Positions 1 to 9,538 of a stretch of DNA of 64,000 bases are shown in pieces. The stretch's first letter is position 1. Each line of letters starts with the position of its first letter. Both the position numbers and the translations under genes were made by a program. Source of the DNA: Bacteroidaceae bacterium (GTDB lineage: Bacteria > Bacteroidota > Bacteroidia > Bacteroidales > Bacteroidaceae); assembly GCA_016302965.1 (NCBI GenBank), contig JAEDMP010000002.1:5358-69357 (forward strand). The letters are read 5' to 3'. Under the pieces are notes generated by a model that saw only the letters and a program-made list of their open reading frames with translations, made no database searches and was not told the DNA's origin.

Positions 1-10
1 GCTCGTCTCC

Positions 11-640
11 ATGAGTCTTTTTGCGGTGATGACCATTGTGGTGTTTCTCTACGCCAAATGGAGCCTTGTCTCCCCCCATTATCTACGTACCCGTCCGTGG
101 GCGGTGCTCTGCTGGTCGGTGCTGGCTGCTCTCGGTGCCATCATCCCCTCGGTGTGGCTGCAGGAGCAGTTGCCTGTCCTGCCCAACGTGATGGAAGAGA
201 GTTTCTCGATGATACTCAAGGGACGCTGGGGCTATGTGGTGGTAGGGCTGCTCGCACCCGTGGCCGAAGAAATCGTGTTCCGCGGAGCCATCCTGCGCAC
301 GCTGCTGCAGAAGTTCGGTCCCTGGAAAGCCATCTGGATTTCCGCCGTCCTCTTCGCCCTCGTCCACGGCAATCCCGCACAGATGCCCCATGCCCTGCTC
401 GTGGGCCTGCTCCTCGGCTGGATGTACTGGCGCACGGGAAGCATCCTGCCCGGCATCGCCTACCATTGGGTGAACAACTCGGTGGCCTATCTCCTCTACA
501 ATATCCTGCCCAATCCCGACGCTACTCTCGTGGAACTGGCAGGCGGCAACTCCACAAAGGTGCTGCTGTGGCTGCTATGCTCACTTTGCATCCTCGTGCC
601 CTCCTTGCTGCAGTTGCACCAGCGCATGGAGAGAAAATGA
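11..640 (+). CDS. CPBP/Abi family intramembrane metalloprotease (CAAX protease-like); probably 5'-truncated by the window edge
   Basis: EExxFRG (AEEIVFRG), FALVH and HxxxN (YHWVNN) motifs in a multi-TM protein. Confidence 0.85.
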   Translation: MSLFAVMTIVVFLYAKWSLVSPHYLRTRPWAVLCWSVLAALGAIIPSVWLQEQLPVLPNVMEESFSMILKGRWGYVVVGLLAPVAEEIVFRGAILRTLLQKFGPWKAIWISAVLFALVHGNPAQMPHALLVGLLLGWMYWRTGSILPGIAYHWVNNSVAYLLYNILPNPDATLVELAGGNSTKVLLWLLCSLCILVPSLLQLHQRMERK

Positions 641-703
641 TTTTTTTTCCTCCAAGCGCATACTTTCTGTCAATGATTCATACTGAAATCAAAGATTTAT
701 TCG

Positions 704-711
704 TAACTTTG
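704..711 (+). promoter_or_regulatory. Bacteroidota sigma-A -7 element (TAnnTTTG) upstream of gpmI
   Basis: TAACTTTG ~95 nt before the gpmI ATG. Confidence 0.65.
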
Positions 712-806
712 CACCGCAAATGCACGCCTATCCAAAAAGTCTTCCCACCATCAGGGAGACCAGACAGAAGCGACAAGAAGTATAACCAATATATTCATTA
801 CAAATT

Positions 807-2324
807 ATGGCAAAGAAAGCATTATTGATGATTCTCGACGGATGGGGAATCGGAAAGCATGGTAATGGTGACGTAATCTACAATACGCCCACCCCGTATC
901 TCGACCTGCTCACAGCCGTGAGCGCTCACTCACAGCTTCAGGCTTCGGGTGAGGATGTAGGTCTGCCCGACGGACAGATGGGTAACTCTGAGGTGGGTCA
1001 CCTGAATATCGGTGCCGGACGCATCGTTTATCAGGACCTCGTGAAGATCAACCGCGCCTGCAAGGATGGCTCCATCATGGAGAACCCCCAGGTGAAGGCT
1101 GCCTATAGCTATGCCAAGGAAAACGGCAAGAAACTCCACCTGATGGGTCTGACCTCTGACGGCGGTGTACACTCTTCACTCGACCATCTCTTCAAACTCA
1201 TCGAGATCGGCAAGGCTTACGGACTGACCCAGACCTATGTTCACTGCTTCATGGACGGCCGTGATACTGACCCCAAGAGTGGCGTGGGATTCATCAAGCA
1301 GCTCAGCAAGGTGTGTGAGGCCAACGATGCCCATATCGCCAGCATCGTGGGACGTTTCTATGCCATGGACCGTGACAAGCGTTGGAACCGCGTGAAGGAA
1401 GCTTACGACCTGCTCGTTGAGGGCAAGGGAAAGAAGGCCGACTGCATGGTGAAGGCCATGGAGGAGAGCTATGCTGAGGGTGTGACCGACGAGTTCATCA
1501 AGCCCATCTCCAATGCCAAGGTCAACGGTAATATCGAGGAGGGTGACGTAGTTATCTTCATCAACTTCCGTAACGACCGTGCCAAGGAACTCACCCAGGT
1601 GCTCACCCAGCAGGATATGCCCGAGGAAGGCATGAAGACCATCCCCGGACTGCAGTACTACTGCATGACTCCCTACGATGCCTCGTTCACGGGTGTCAAC
1701 ATCCTCTTCCCCAAAGAGAACGTGACCAATACCCTCGGCGAATATCTGAGCGCACAGGGAAAGAAACAGCTCCATACCGCCGAGACCGAGAAGTATGCCC
1801 ACGTGACCTTCTTCTTCAATGGTGGACGTGAGGCTCCCTATGAAGGTGAGGACCGCATCCTCGTGCCTTCACCCAAGGTGGCCACCTACGACCTGAAGCC
1901 CGAGATGTCGGCCTACGAGGTGAAGGACAAGCTCGTTGGTGCCATCAACACCCAGGAGTATGACTTCATCGTCGTGAACTTTGCCAATGGTGACATGGTA
2001 GGCCATACCGGCGTCTACAATGCCATCGCCAAGGCTGTACATGCAGTGGACAACTGCGTGCGCGACGTCATCGAGGCTGCCAAGGCCAACGATTATGAGG
2101 CCATCATCATCGCCGACCACGGCAACGCCGACAACGCTATCAACGAGGACGGCACACCCAACACCGCCCACTCACTCAACCCCGTTCCCTTCATCTATGT
2201 GACCAACAACAACTCGGCCACCGTGAAGGACGGTCGTCTGGCCGACGTGGCTCCCTCCATCCTCCATATCCTCGGATTGGAGCAGCCTGCCGACATGACT
2301 GGCAAGAACCTCATTGTCGACTAA
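807..2324 (+). CDS. gpmI: 2,3-bisphosphoglycerate-independent phosphoglycerate mutase
   Basis: [45 protein letters not shown] motifs; 505 aa. Confidence 0.97.
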   Translation: MAKKALLMILDGWGIGKHGNGDVIYNTPTPYLDLLTAVSAHSQLQASGEDVGLPDGQMGNSEVGHLNIGAGRIVYQDLVKINRACKDGSIMENPQVKAAYSYAKENGKKLHLMGLTSDGGVHSSLDHLFKLIEIGKAYGLTQTYVHCFMDGRDTDPKSGVGFIKQLSKVCEANDAHIASIVGRFYAMDRDKRWNRVKEAYDLLVEGKGKKADCMVKAMEESYAEGVTDEFIKPISNAKVNGNIEEGDVVIFINFRNDRAKELTQVLTQQDMPEEGMKTIPGLQYYCMTPYDASFTGVNILFPKENVTNTLGEYLSAQGKKQLHTAETEKYAHVTFFFNGGREAPYEGEDRILVPSPKVATYDLKPEMSAYEVKDKLVGAINTQEYDFIVVNFANGDMVGHTGVYNAIAKAVHAVDNCVRDVIEAAKANDYEAIIIADHGNADNAINEDGTPNTAHSLNPVPFIYVTNNNSATVKDGRLADVAPSILHILGLEQPADMTGKNLIVD

Positions 2325-2343
2325 TTGATACTTGCAAATACAT

Positions 2344-2382
2344 ACCCCGCCATCCTGCATCGCAGCACCATGGCGGGGTTTT
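2344..2382 (+). terminator. Probable intrinsic terminator after gpmI
   Basis: Stem ACCCCGCCAT / ATGGCGGGGT followed by a T-run. Confidence 0.6.
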
Positions 2383-2422
2383 ATGTTCATGGGCTCCATA
2401 GCCCTCAACCATCCGATTCCCT

Positions 2423-3088
2423 ATGAACGTCAACATCGACCCTTCGTGGAAACAGCATCTCGCCGAGGAGTTCGGCAAACCCTATTTTGCCCGTCTCGTC
2501 GACTTCGTGAGGCAGGAGTATCAAACCACCACCTGTTATCCTCCCGGCAAACTGATTTTCAATGCCTTCAACCTCTGTCCCTTTGAGGAGGTGAAGGTGG
2601 TCATCATCGGACAAGACCCTTACCATGAGCCCGGACAGGCCCACGGCCTGAGTTTTTCGGTGAATGACGGGGTTCCCTTCCCGCCATCGTTAGTCAACAT
2701 CTTCAAGGAGATACAGTTCGACTTGGGCAAGCCGATGCCCACAACGGGCAACCTGACCCGATGGGCCGAGCAAGGAGTGTTGCTGCTCAATGCCACCCTC
2801 ACCGTACGTGCCCATCAGGCAGCTAGCCACCAGCGCCGGGGATGGGAGGAGTTTACGGATGCCGCCATCCGTGCGCTCAATGCCCAGCGCGACCACCTGG
2901 TGTTCATCCTGTGGGGAGGCTATGCGCGCTCCAAGGCTCCGCTGATTGATGCTTCCCGCCATCTGGTGCTCCAGTCGGTACATCCCTCGCCCCTCTCAGC
3001 CAACCGTGGAGGATGGTTCGGTAACCACCATTTTTCCATCGCCAACAGCTACCTGAAGGAGCATGGCATGCAACCCATCGACTGGTGA
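2423..3088 (+). CDS. ung: Uracil-DNA glycosylase (family 1)
   Basis: GQDPYH, AHGLSFSV, GVLLLN and HPSPLS motifs. Confidence 0.97.
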   Translation: MNVNIDPSWKQHLAEEFGKPYFARLVDFVRQEYQTTTCYPPGKLIFNAFNLCPFEEVKVVIIGQDPYHEPGQAHGLSFSVNDGVPFPPSLVNIFKEIQFDLGKPMPTTGNLTRWAEQGVLLLNATLTVRAHQAASHQRRGWEEFTDAAIRALNAQRDHLVFILWGGYARSKAPLIDASRHLVLQSVHPSPLSANRGGWFGNHHFSIANSYLKEHGMQPIDW

Positions 3089-3091
3089 GCA

Positions 3092-3132
3092 ACCGTGACT
3101 ATTCTGAACCACCGTGATTATTCTGAACCACC
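3092..3132. repeat. 19-bp tandem repeat, 2 copies
   Basis: ACCGTGACTATTCTGAACC / ACCGTGATTATTCTGAACC, then ACC. Confidence 0.85.
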
Positions 3133-3161
3133 TTTATATATATATACCCGATTATTGATTT

Positions 3162-3758
3162 ATGCTACCGATATTGCAAGTGGGCGATGTGCTCTTGTCG
3201 CCCGATATTCTGACGGAGCGATTCTGTTGTGACCTTGATGCCTGCAAGGGTATCTGCTGTGTCGAGGGAGATGCGGGCGCTCCTGTCACCCTCGATGAGA
3301 TAGAGCGGATAGAAGATGCGATGGATGAGGTGTGGGCCGGCATGTCGGCCTCGGCTCAGGCCGTCATCGACAAACAGGGAGTGGCCTACAGCGACCCCGA
3401 CGGCGAACTCGTCACCAGCATCGTGGGGGGCAAGGATTGTGTCTTCACCTGCCATGAAGACGGCTGCTGCCTCTGTCTGCTCGAAAAAGCCTATCGCAGT
3501 GGGCGCAGTTCCTTCTGCAAACCCATCAGTTGTGCCCTTTATCCCATCCGTGAGAAACGGCTGAGCAATGGCACCGTGGCCCTCAACTACCACCGTTGGG
3601 AGGTATGCCGTGATGCCGTGAAGAAGGGTAGGGAACTCGACCTCCCCGTCTATCGATTCCTCAAGGAACCGCTCATCCGGCGTTTCGGTGAGGAGTGGTA
3701 TCACGAACTGGAAATCATGGCCGAGGAACTGACCAAGCGGGGCTTTAACACTATTTAA
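3162..3758 (+). CDS. DUF3109 family Cys-rich protein
   Basis: FCCDLDACKGICCVEGDAGAP, DCVF, KPISCALYP, LPVYRFLKEPLIRRFGEEWY are typical of DUF3109. Confidence 0.85.
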   Translation: MLPILQVGDVLLSPDILTERFCCDLDACKGICCVEGDAGAPVTLDEIERIEDAMDEVWAGMSASAQAVIDKQGVAYSDPDGELVTSIVGGKDCVFTCHEDGCCLCLLEKAYRSGRSSFCKPISCALYPIREKRLSNGTVALNYHRWEVCRDAVKKGRELDLPVYRFLKEPLIRRFGEEWYHELEIMAEELTKRGFNTI

Positions 3759-3813
3759 GTCCCAACAGCGCTAATTACGTTCCCGAACGTGACATATTAG
3801 AGAAAAAAATGTT

Positions 3814-3821
3814 TACCTTTG
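3814..3821 (+). promoter_or_regulatory. -7 promoter element upstream of ndk
   Basis: TACCTTTG. Confidence 0.6.
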
Positions 3822-3907
3822 CAGTCGATCTTGACGAGTGGAAAACTTCCCGCTCCTTGAATCCAATACAGAAAACCTCAATTATTCCATTTTAATATCA
3901 ACTATTT

Positions 3908-4381
3908 ATGAAACAGACAGAAAAGACCCTGGTGCTGCTCAAGCCCTGCACCATCAAGCGCAACCTGATTGGTGAGATTATCTCTATTTTTGAAAAGAAG
4001 GGACTGAGAGTGGTAGGTCTCAAGATGATGCAGCTCACTGATGAAGTGCTTTCTGAGCACTATGCCCACCTGGCTGAGAAACCTTTCTTCCAGCGTGTGA
4101 AAGACTCGATGATGGTCACTCCCGTCGTGGCCCTCTGCTTGGAGGGTGTGAGTGCCGTTGAGGTGGTGCGTGTCATCACTGGTCCCACCAACGGTCGCAC
4201 CAGCTGCGTGCCCGGCACCATCCGCGGCATGTACAGCATGAGCTATCAGGAGAACATTGTGCATGCGAGCGACTCATTGGAGAATGCGGCCATCGAACTC
4301 AAGCGCTTCTTCAAGGATGAGGAAATCTTCGACTTCCCCCGCGAACTGTTCGAGGTGTTCTATGCCAACGACGAGTTCTAA
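3908..4381 (+). CDS. ndk: Nucleoside diphosphate kinase
   Basis: EKTLVLLKP, HYAHLAEKPFF, PGTIRG and active-site NIVHASDS. Confidence 0.95.
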   Translation: MKQTEKTLVLLKPCTIKRNLIGEIISIFEKKGLRVVGLKMMQLTDEVLSEHYAHLAEKPFFQRVKDSMMVTPVVALCLEGVSAVEVVRVITGPTNGRTSCVPGTIRGMYSMSYQENIVHASDSLENAAIELKRFFKDEEIFDFPRELFEVFYANDEF

Positions 4382-4406
4382 GCGTCACATCATCTGAAGA
4401 AACAGC

Positions 4407-4448
4407 AAGAGGTTGCACCAGAATCCTTTCACTGGTGCAACCTCTTTT
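4407..4448. terminator. Intrinsic terminator between convergent ndk and AraC genes
   Basis: 15-bp perfect stem AAGAGGTTGCACCAG / CTGGTGCAACCTCTT. Confidence 0.8.
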
Positions 4449-4486
4449 CGTGTATGGGGGATAGCCGCCGGATGACAGCAGCGTAT

Positions 4487-5356
4487 CTACTGTTTGCGGA
4501 AGGCTGAGGGGGACATGCCGGTGTGCTCCTTGAAGAACTTGCCCATAAACGACTGGTTGGGAAAACGCAACTCCTCCGCAATCTCCTTGATGCTCTTGTC
4601 GGATTGTTTCAGCAGGAGGCGCATCTTCAAGATGACATAACGGTCTATCCAGTCGCTGGGAGTAATCTGGCTGATGCTCTTGACGGTCTCGGAGAGATAC
4701 TTGGCTGTAATGTTCAGATGGTCGGCATACCAGCTCACGCGGCGCTCCCGGCAGTGGAAACGCTCCACCAGTAAGATGAATTTGGTGAAGATATGATAGG
4801 CGCGTCCCTTGTTGCCATCGTCTGTTACAATACCTTGATAAATCAAATTGCCCATGTCGTAGAGCATGGCCAGAATCAAGGCCCGTACAACATGGCGGCG
4901 GTAGCGGTTTTCGCTATGTCCAATCTTGTCGCGAATCAATTCAAAGTAGTGCTCAAACAGCTGTTGCTCATGCGGACTCAATGCAACCACGGGATTGGTC
5001 AGAGAGAACAACAGGAGCGAGGAGAAATCGGAGACATTGCTGATGGTCTCACTGAAAAACTCTTTGGAAATCATGATGCACAGACCATCCAAATCGGCAC
5101 TGGGGGCAAAATGGTCTACGATGTGGCCTTCGCCGATAATCAGCGCCTCACCGGCATGTACGTGGCGCTCAATGGTGTCGACCGTATAGCTGGCGTGTCC
5201 ACGTTTGCACAGACCCACCAGAATGAATGACATCTGGCGGTCGTTACGGGGGAAGGGTGCATTGCTGGGACTTTCCACCAGCAGGATGTCGTTGTCGATA
5301 AATTCTGCACCTGGCCATTTCTTGGCTCGTTCAATGCTTGACAGTTTTGTTTCCAT
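4487..5356 (-). CDS. AraC family transcriptional regulator
   Basis: C-terminal double HTH (VSWYADHLNITAKYLS...SIKEIAEELRFPNQSFMGKFFKEHTGMSPSAFR); start set at METK because the longer ORF start overlaps a promoter element. Confidence 0.9.
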   Translation of the reverse strand: METKLSSIERAKKWPGAEFIDNDILLVESPSNAPFPRNDRQMSFILVGLCKRGHASYTVDTIERHVHAGEALIIGEGHIVDHFAPSADLDGLCIMISKEFFSETISNVSDFSSLLLFSLTNPVVALSPHEQQLFEHYFELIRDKIGHSENRYRRHVVRALILAMLYDMGNLIYQGIVTDDGNKGRAYHIFTKFILLVERFHCRERRVSWYADHLNITAKYLSETVKSISQITPSDWIDRYVILKMRLLLKQSDKSIKEIAEELRFPNQSFMGKFFKEHTGMSPSAFRKQ

Positions 5357-5360
5357 GCTG

Positions 5361-5461
5361 CAAAAATACAAAAAAAACACGAAATGGAAAACATTAGCGA
5401 GAAAACTACTACATTTTCTTTGGTTTTCTTCTCGCCATTTATTTCTTTTTTTGTACTTTTG
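5361..5461. promoter_or_regulatory. Divergent promoter pair for AraC (-) and the metallophosphoesterase (+)
   Basis: TATTTTTG on minus at 5361-5368; TACTTTTG on plus at 5454-5461. Confidence 0.65.
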
Positions 5462-5469
5462 CAGGCGAA

Positions 5470-6270
5470 ATGAAACAACTGTTACCTCTACTTGCCGCCT
5501 TGGTGCTCATCGGATGTCACCATGTTTTCGAGTTCCATCCCTATGATGGACGGTTTGGCGGAGCCACCAACATCAATGCCACGAATATCAAGAAGATAGA
5601 GCAGGCATGCAACGACAAGGACACGCTGAGAGTGGCTTTTGTCAGCGACTCGCATGGCTGGTTCTCCGACCTCAGAAAGGCGGTGACCGATATCAACAAG
5701 CGTACGGACATCGACTTCGTGGTCCATGCCGGCGACCTGACCGACTGTGGCACCACCCGTGAGTTTGAGCGTACGCGCGATATCATGAACGACCTGAAGG
5801 TGCCCTACGTGGCCATGATTGGCAATCATGATTTCCTCGGTACGGGAAACCAGATTTATGAAGCCATGTTCGGCCCCGTGGACTTTGTGCTGATTGCTGC
5901 CAGGGTGAAGTTCCTCTTCCTCAACACCAATGCGGTTGAGTATGACTACCTCGCTGCCGTGCCTAATTTCGACTTGATGGAAGAGCAGATTACGGAGCGT
6001 GACGAGGACTTCGACCGTACGGTGGTCTGCATGCATGCGCGACCCTATTGCGAGCAGTTCAATAACAATGTGGCGAAGGCCTTCGGCCACTATATGGGCC
6101 TGTTCAAGGGCATTGTCTGTGCCGTGAGCGGCCATAACCATCGTTTGGAACGTGATGATATCTATGGCAATGGTATCATCTATTATGGGCTCGACACGGT
6201 GAGCCACGGCAATTACAGTATCTTCACCTTTACTCCCTCCGGCTATGAATATGAAGTGGTTGCTTATTAG
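5470..6270 (+). CDS. Calcineurin-like metallophosphoesterase, predicted lipoprotein
   Basis: DxH (SDSH), GDxxD (GDLTD), GNHD and GHxH (GHNH) motifs; lipobox-like LIGC. Confidence 0.9.
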   Translation: MKQLLPLLAALVLIGCHHVFEFHPYDGRFGGATNINATNIKKIEQACNDKDTLRVAFVSDSHGWFSDLRKAVTDINKRTDIDFVVHAGDLTDCGTTREFERTRDIMNDLKVPYVAMIGNHDFLGTGNQIYEAMFGPVDFVLIAARVKFLFLNTNAVEYDYLAAVPNFDLMEEQITERDEDFDRTVVCMHARPYCEQFNNNVAKAFGHYMGLFKGIVCAVSGHNHRLERDDIYGNGIIYYGLDTVSHGNYSIFTFTPSGYEYEVVAY

Positions 6271-6976
6271 TGTCATCGTGATGGGGATGCTCTCTCTGCC
6301 CCTGTCGGCGCAGAACGCAGCGAGTTCATCCGTGGGAGCGGATGTTTACCGTGATGTTTACGTACCCGACAGTAACTATATGGATGTGGTGCTCGATACC
6401 GCGGGCAATAGTCGCTACTACCAGCGGGTACACCGTTACCGCAAGCATTGGGAGGCACTGATTCCTACCTTGCACAGTTTCCAGTTTGCCGGCAATATGG
6501 GTCTGTTCTCCGTTGGCGTGGGATGGGATTACGGCAAGCACCGGCAGTGGGAGACCGACTTGCTCGTCGGATTCCTGCCCAAATACCATACCAACAGGAA
6601 CAAGATTACCATGACGCTCAAGCAGTCGTTCATCCCCTGGAGCCTGTATCTGCAGAAGGGATTCCTCTATGAACCCCTCACCTGTGGTCTCTATATGACG
6701 ACGGTTTATGGGCATGAGTTCTGGGGCAGCCAGCCTTCCCGATACCCCGACAAATACTACGAAGCCCTGTCCACCAAAGTACGGTTCAATGTCTTTGTCG
6801 GACAGCGCTTCGGGGTCTATGTCCCTCGCAACCGGCGGAAATATGTCAAGTCCATCACCGCCTTCTATGAGGTGAGCACCTGTGACATCTATATCCGTTC
6901 CATGTTCCAGGATTCGGAGGTCACGCTGTGGGACATCATCAGCCTGTCGTTGGGACTGAAGTTCAGGGTCTTCTGA
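6245..6976 (+). CDS. Hypothetical exported protein, possibly a small outer-membrane beta-barrel
   Basis: Signal peptide (LSA-Q), amphipathic aromatic strands, C-terminal ...LSLGLKFRVF; overlaps the upstream stop. Confidence 0.65.
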   Translation: MNMKWLLISVIVMGMLSLPLSAQNAASSSVGADVYRDVYVPDSNYMDVVLDTAGNSRYYQRVHRYRKHWEALIPTLHSFQFAGNMGLFSVGVGWDYGKHRQWETDLLVGFLPKYHTNRNKITMTLKQSFIPWSLYLQKGFLYEPLTCGLYMTTVYGHEFWGSQPSRYPDKYYEALSTKVRFNVFVGQRFGVYVPRNRRKYVKSITAFYEVSTCDIYIRSMFQDSEVTLWDIISLSLGLKFRVF

Positions 6977-7003
6977 GGCGGGTGCTCTCGGTTTGCCTGT
7001 ATG

Positions 7004-9448
7004 TCATAGGCTTCTGCCCACTCCCTTCTTCAGTTTCAGTTTCTTGCTTTCTCCGTTGTATTTCACCGTCACCGTTGTGTTCTCCTGTGCTGTGAACACG
7101 GCCTGGGTCAGTTGGCCTTTGCTCCAACGCATGTCCACCGTGATGCCGCCACGGGCACAGATACCTCTCACGCTTCCCTCCTTCCAGGCTTGTGGAAGGG
7201 CGGGCAGCAGTTCTATTTCGGGCTGGTCGCCTTGCAGACGGCTTTGGAGCAGCATCTCGCATACGCCGGCTGTACCTCCGAAATTGCCGTCAATCTGGAA
7301 GGGTGGATGGGCATCGAAGAGGTTGGGATAGGTGCCTCCGCCCCCACGGCCTTTCTCACGCGCACCGTCAGGGGCCACGTAGGCCAGCAGTGTCTGGAAG
7401 GTCTGGTAAGCTTCCTCTGCCTTTTTCAGTCGTGCCCAGAGGTTAATGCGCCATCCCGTGCTCCAGCCGGTTGTACGCTTGCCTTTTTGGATGAGGGTGT
7501 GCTCGCAGGCTTTCAGCAGTTTGGCATCCGTGAGGTGCTGACCGGGATACAGGCCGATGAGATGCGACTGGTGGCGGTGTTGCGGGTCGCTGTCTTTCCA
7601 GTCGTGATACCACTCGTTCAGGTCGCCCTCCTGGCCGATGGTATAGGGATGCAGCCGCGACAGTTTGGCACTGATTTCCCGTGCCAGTTGCTGCCGCTGT
7701 TGGCTGTCAGGCGCTTTCTTGCCTTCCATCTTGTTCAGGATGCGGATGGCTTCGAGGGTGTTGGTGAACAGTTCGCGGATGATGGCCAGGTCGGCTGTAC
7801 CGCCATAGCAGGTCGTTCCCCGATACCCTTGGTCGGTGATGTATTCATTCTCGGGCGAGGTGGAGGGGGCAGTGATGAGTTCGTCCGGCTTGTTGGGATT
7901 CTCTACCAGCCAGTCGAGACAGAACTCGGCGGCACCCCTCATCAGCGGAAAGGCGGTGTCGCGCAGGTAGTTTTTGTCCTGTGTGAAGGCGTAGCGCTCC
8001 CAGAGGGTATGTACCAACCAGGCACCACCCATGTTCCAGTTCGACCATTTCGGGCTCTCTTTCTTCTCGCCCACGGGATTGGCCATGGCCCAGATGTCGC
8101 TGTTGTGGCTGGCACACCAGCCGCGCGTTATCTGGTAGTAGTTACGGGCCATGTGTTGTCCGTTGGCGGCTAATGAAGCGGTAAACTGGTCGAGTGGCAG
8201 GGCCATCTCCTGCATATTGGCGACAAAGGCGGGCCAGTAGTTTTCTTCGAGATTGATGTTCATTGTATAGTTGCCGCGCCAAGGCATGTAGACTTTGGTG
8301 CCCCACAGTCCCTGCAGGTTGGCAGGTACGCCGGGGGTGCGCGAGCAGCTGATGAGCAGGTATCGGCCATATTGGGTATAGAGCGTTTCTATATAGGGGT
8401 TGGCCATCTTTTGTTCCGTATAGTCTTTCAGTTGCTGTTCGGTGGTGCGCGACGGGTCGTTCTTCGTCTCGCCCAGTTGCAGTTGGAAGCGTTTGAAGAT
8501 GCCTTGATAGTCGCTGATATGCCGTTGCCTCAGTTGCTCGTAACTGTAGTTGTGCAGGTGCCATTGCTGGTTGGTGATGGCATCTATATAGGGGGCTCCT
8601 TCCTTGACGGGATGCTTGTCGGCACCGTGGAAACTGGTCTCGTTGATGAAGTAGAGGGTGAGTTCCGAGGCGTTGCGGATATGCAGGGTGTCGTGGCTGG
8701 TCGTGGCCGTGCCGTCGGGGGTAGACAGCTGTAGGATGGAACAGAAGTGGGTGGTCTCCTGTTCGTCGCCTGTGGCGTGTCCCATCAGGGTGATGGCGCT
8801 GTGGGTGGCTCCTCTGCCTTGGCTCACGACGGTGCGGCAGCGGTGGGGCACCTGTGCGTCGAGCAGCAGGTCATAGTTGATGGCTCCCTTCCGGTCGGCG
8901 GTGATGCGGATGGCGATGACCTGGTCGGGATGGGAGGCGAAATACTCACGCTCATAGGTCACGCCCTCCTGCGTGAAGCGGTCATGGCAGAGGGCGCTGT
9001 CGATGTCGAGTTCGCGGTAATAGCGGCTGGTAGCGGCCTTGTTGGCATTGGTGAGGTGGAGAGTAGCCAGGGGTTGGTAGTACTGCGAATTGTTGCCTTG
9101 CACCTTCAACTGCAGCTGGTCGGCTTTGCGGTAGTCTTCGGCAAACAGTGCCTTGCGTATCTCAGGAATCCATTGGTGGGCATCCTGGTCCATCGTCCGG
9201 TCGATGGGTTTGCCGGTCCACAGGGTAATGTCGTTCAGATAAATCACATTGTCGATGGCACCGCCATACACGAGCGCACCCATCTTGCCGTTGCCGATGG
9301 GCAGCGACTCTTCAAAATAGGTGGCGGCTGTGTCGTACCACAAGCGTAGTTCGGGCTGGTCCACCTGGATGGTGCCGGGCTGCTGTTGGGCTGCGTGCAG
9401 GCAGAGGCCGCACAGACTGAACAGGATGGTTGTAAGTATTGTTTTCAT
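7004..9448 (-). CDS. Glycoside hydrolase family 95 (alpha-1,2-L-fucosidase-like), secreted
   Basis: LPIGNGKMGA, YGRYLLISCSR, PANLQGLW, NINLEENYW, HRHQSHL, HPPFQIDGNFGG motifs. Confidence 0.93.
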   Translation of the reverse strand: MKTILTTILFSLCGLCLHAAQQQPGTIQVDQPELRLWYDTAATYFEESLPIGNGKMGALVYGGAIDNVIYLNDITLWTGKPIDRTMDQDAHQWIPEIRKALFAEDYRKADQLQLKVQGNNSQYYQPLATLHLTNANKAATSRYYRELDIDSALCHDRFTQEGVTYEREYFASHPDQVIAIRITADRKGAINYDLLLDAQVPHRCRTVVSQGRGATHSAITLMGHATGDEQETTHFCSILQLSTPDGTATTSHDTLHIRNASELTLYFINETSFHGADKHPVKEGAPYIDAITNQQWHLHNYSYEQLRQRHISDYQGIFKRFQLQLGETKNDPSRTTEQQLKDYTEQKMANPYIETLYTQYGRYLLISCSRTPGVPANLQGLWGTKVYMPWRGNYTMNINLEENYWPAFVANMQEMALPLDQFTASLAANGQHMARNYYQITRGWCASHNSDIWAMANPVGEKKESPKWSNWNMGGAWLVHTLWERYAFTQDKNYLRDTAFPLMRGAAEFCLDWLVENPNKPDELITAPSTSPENEYITDQGYRGTTCYGGTADLAIIRELFTNTLEAIRILNKMEGKKAPDSQQRQQLAREISAKLSRLHPYTIGQEGDLNEWYHDWKDSDPQHRHQSHLIGLYPGQHLTDAKLLKACEHTLIQKGKRTTGWSTGWRINLWARLKKAEEAYQTFQTLLAYVAPDGAREKGRGGGGTYPNLFDAHPPFQIDGNFGGTAGVCEMLLQSRLQGDQPEIELLPALPQAWKEGSVRGICARGGITVDMRWSKGQLTQAVFTAQENTTVTVKYNGESKKLKLKKGVGRSL

Positions 9449-9460
9449 GTGCTTTGAAAC

Positions 9461-9516
9461 AAAAAAAAAGCTGATACATCACAGTCTTGTGTGGAAGTCT
9501 GGATGATCAGCTTTTT
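9461..9516 (-). terminator. Probable terminator after gyrB
   Basis: AAAAAGCTGAT...ATCAGCTTTTT inverted repeat with a U-tract on the minus strand. Confidence 0.55.
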
Positions 9517-9538
9517 GTGTCAGTATTATTAGATTAGG

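Noticed and set aside
11..640. 'Abi' family protein as an abortive-infection system
   Set aside because: The motifs are those of CPBP intramembrane proteases; the family name does not imply phage defence and no partner genes are visible
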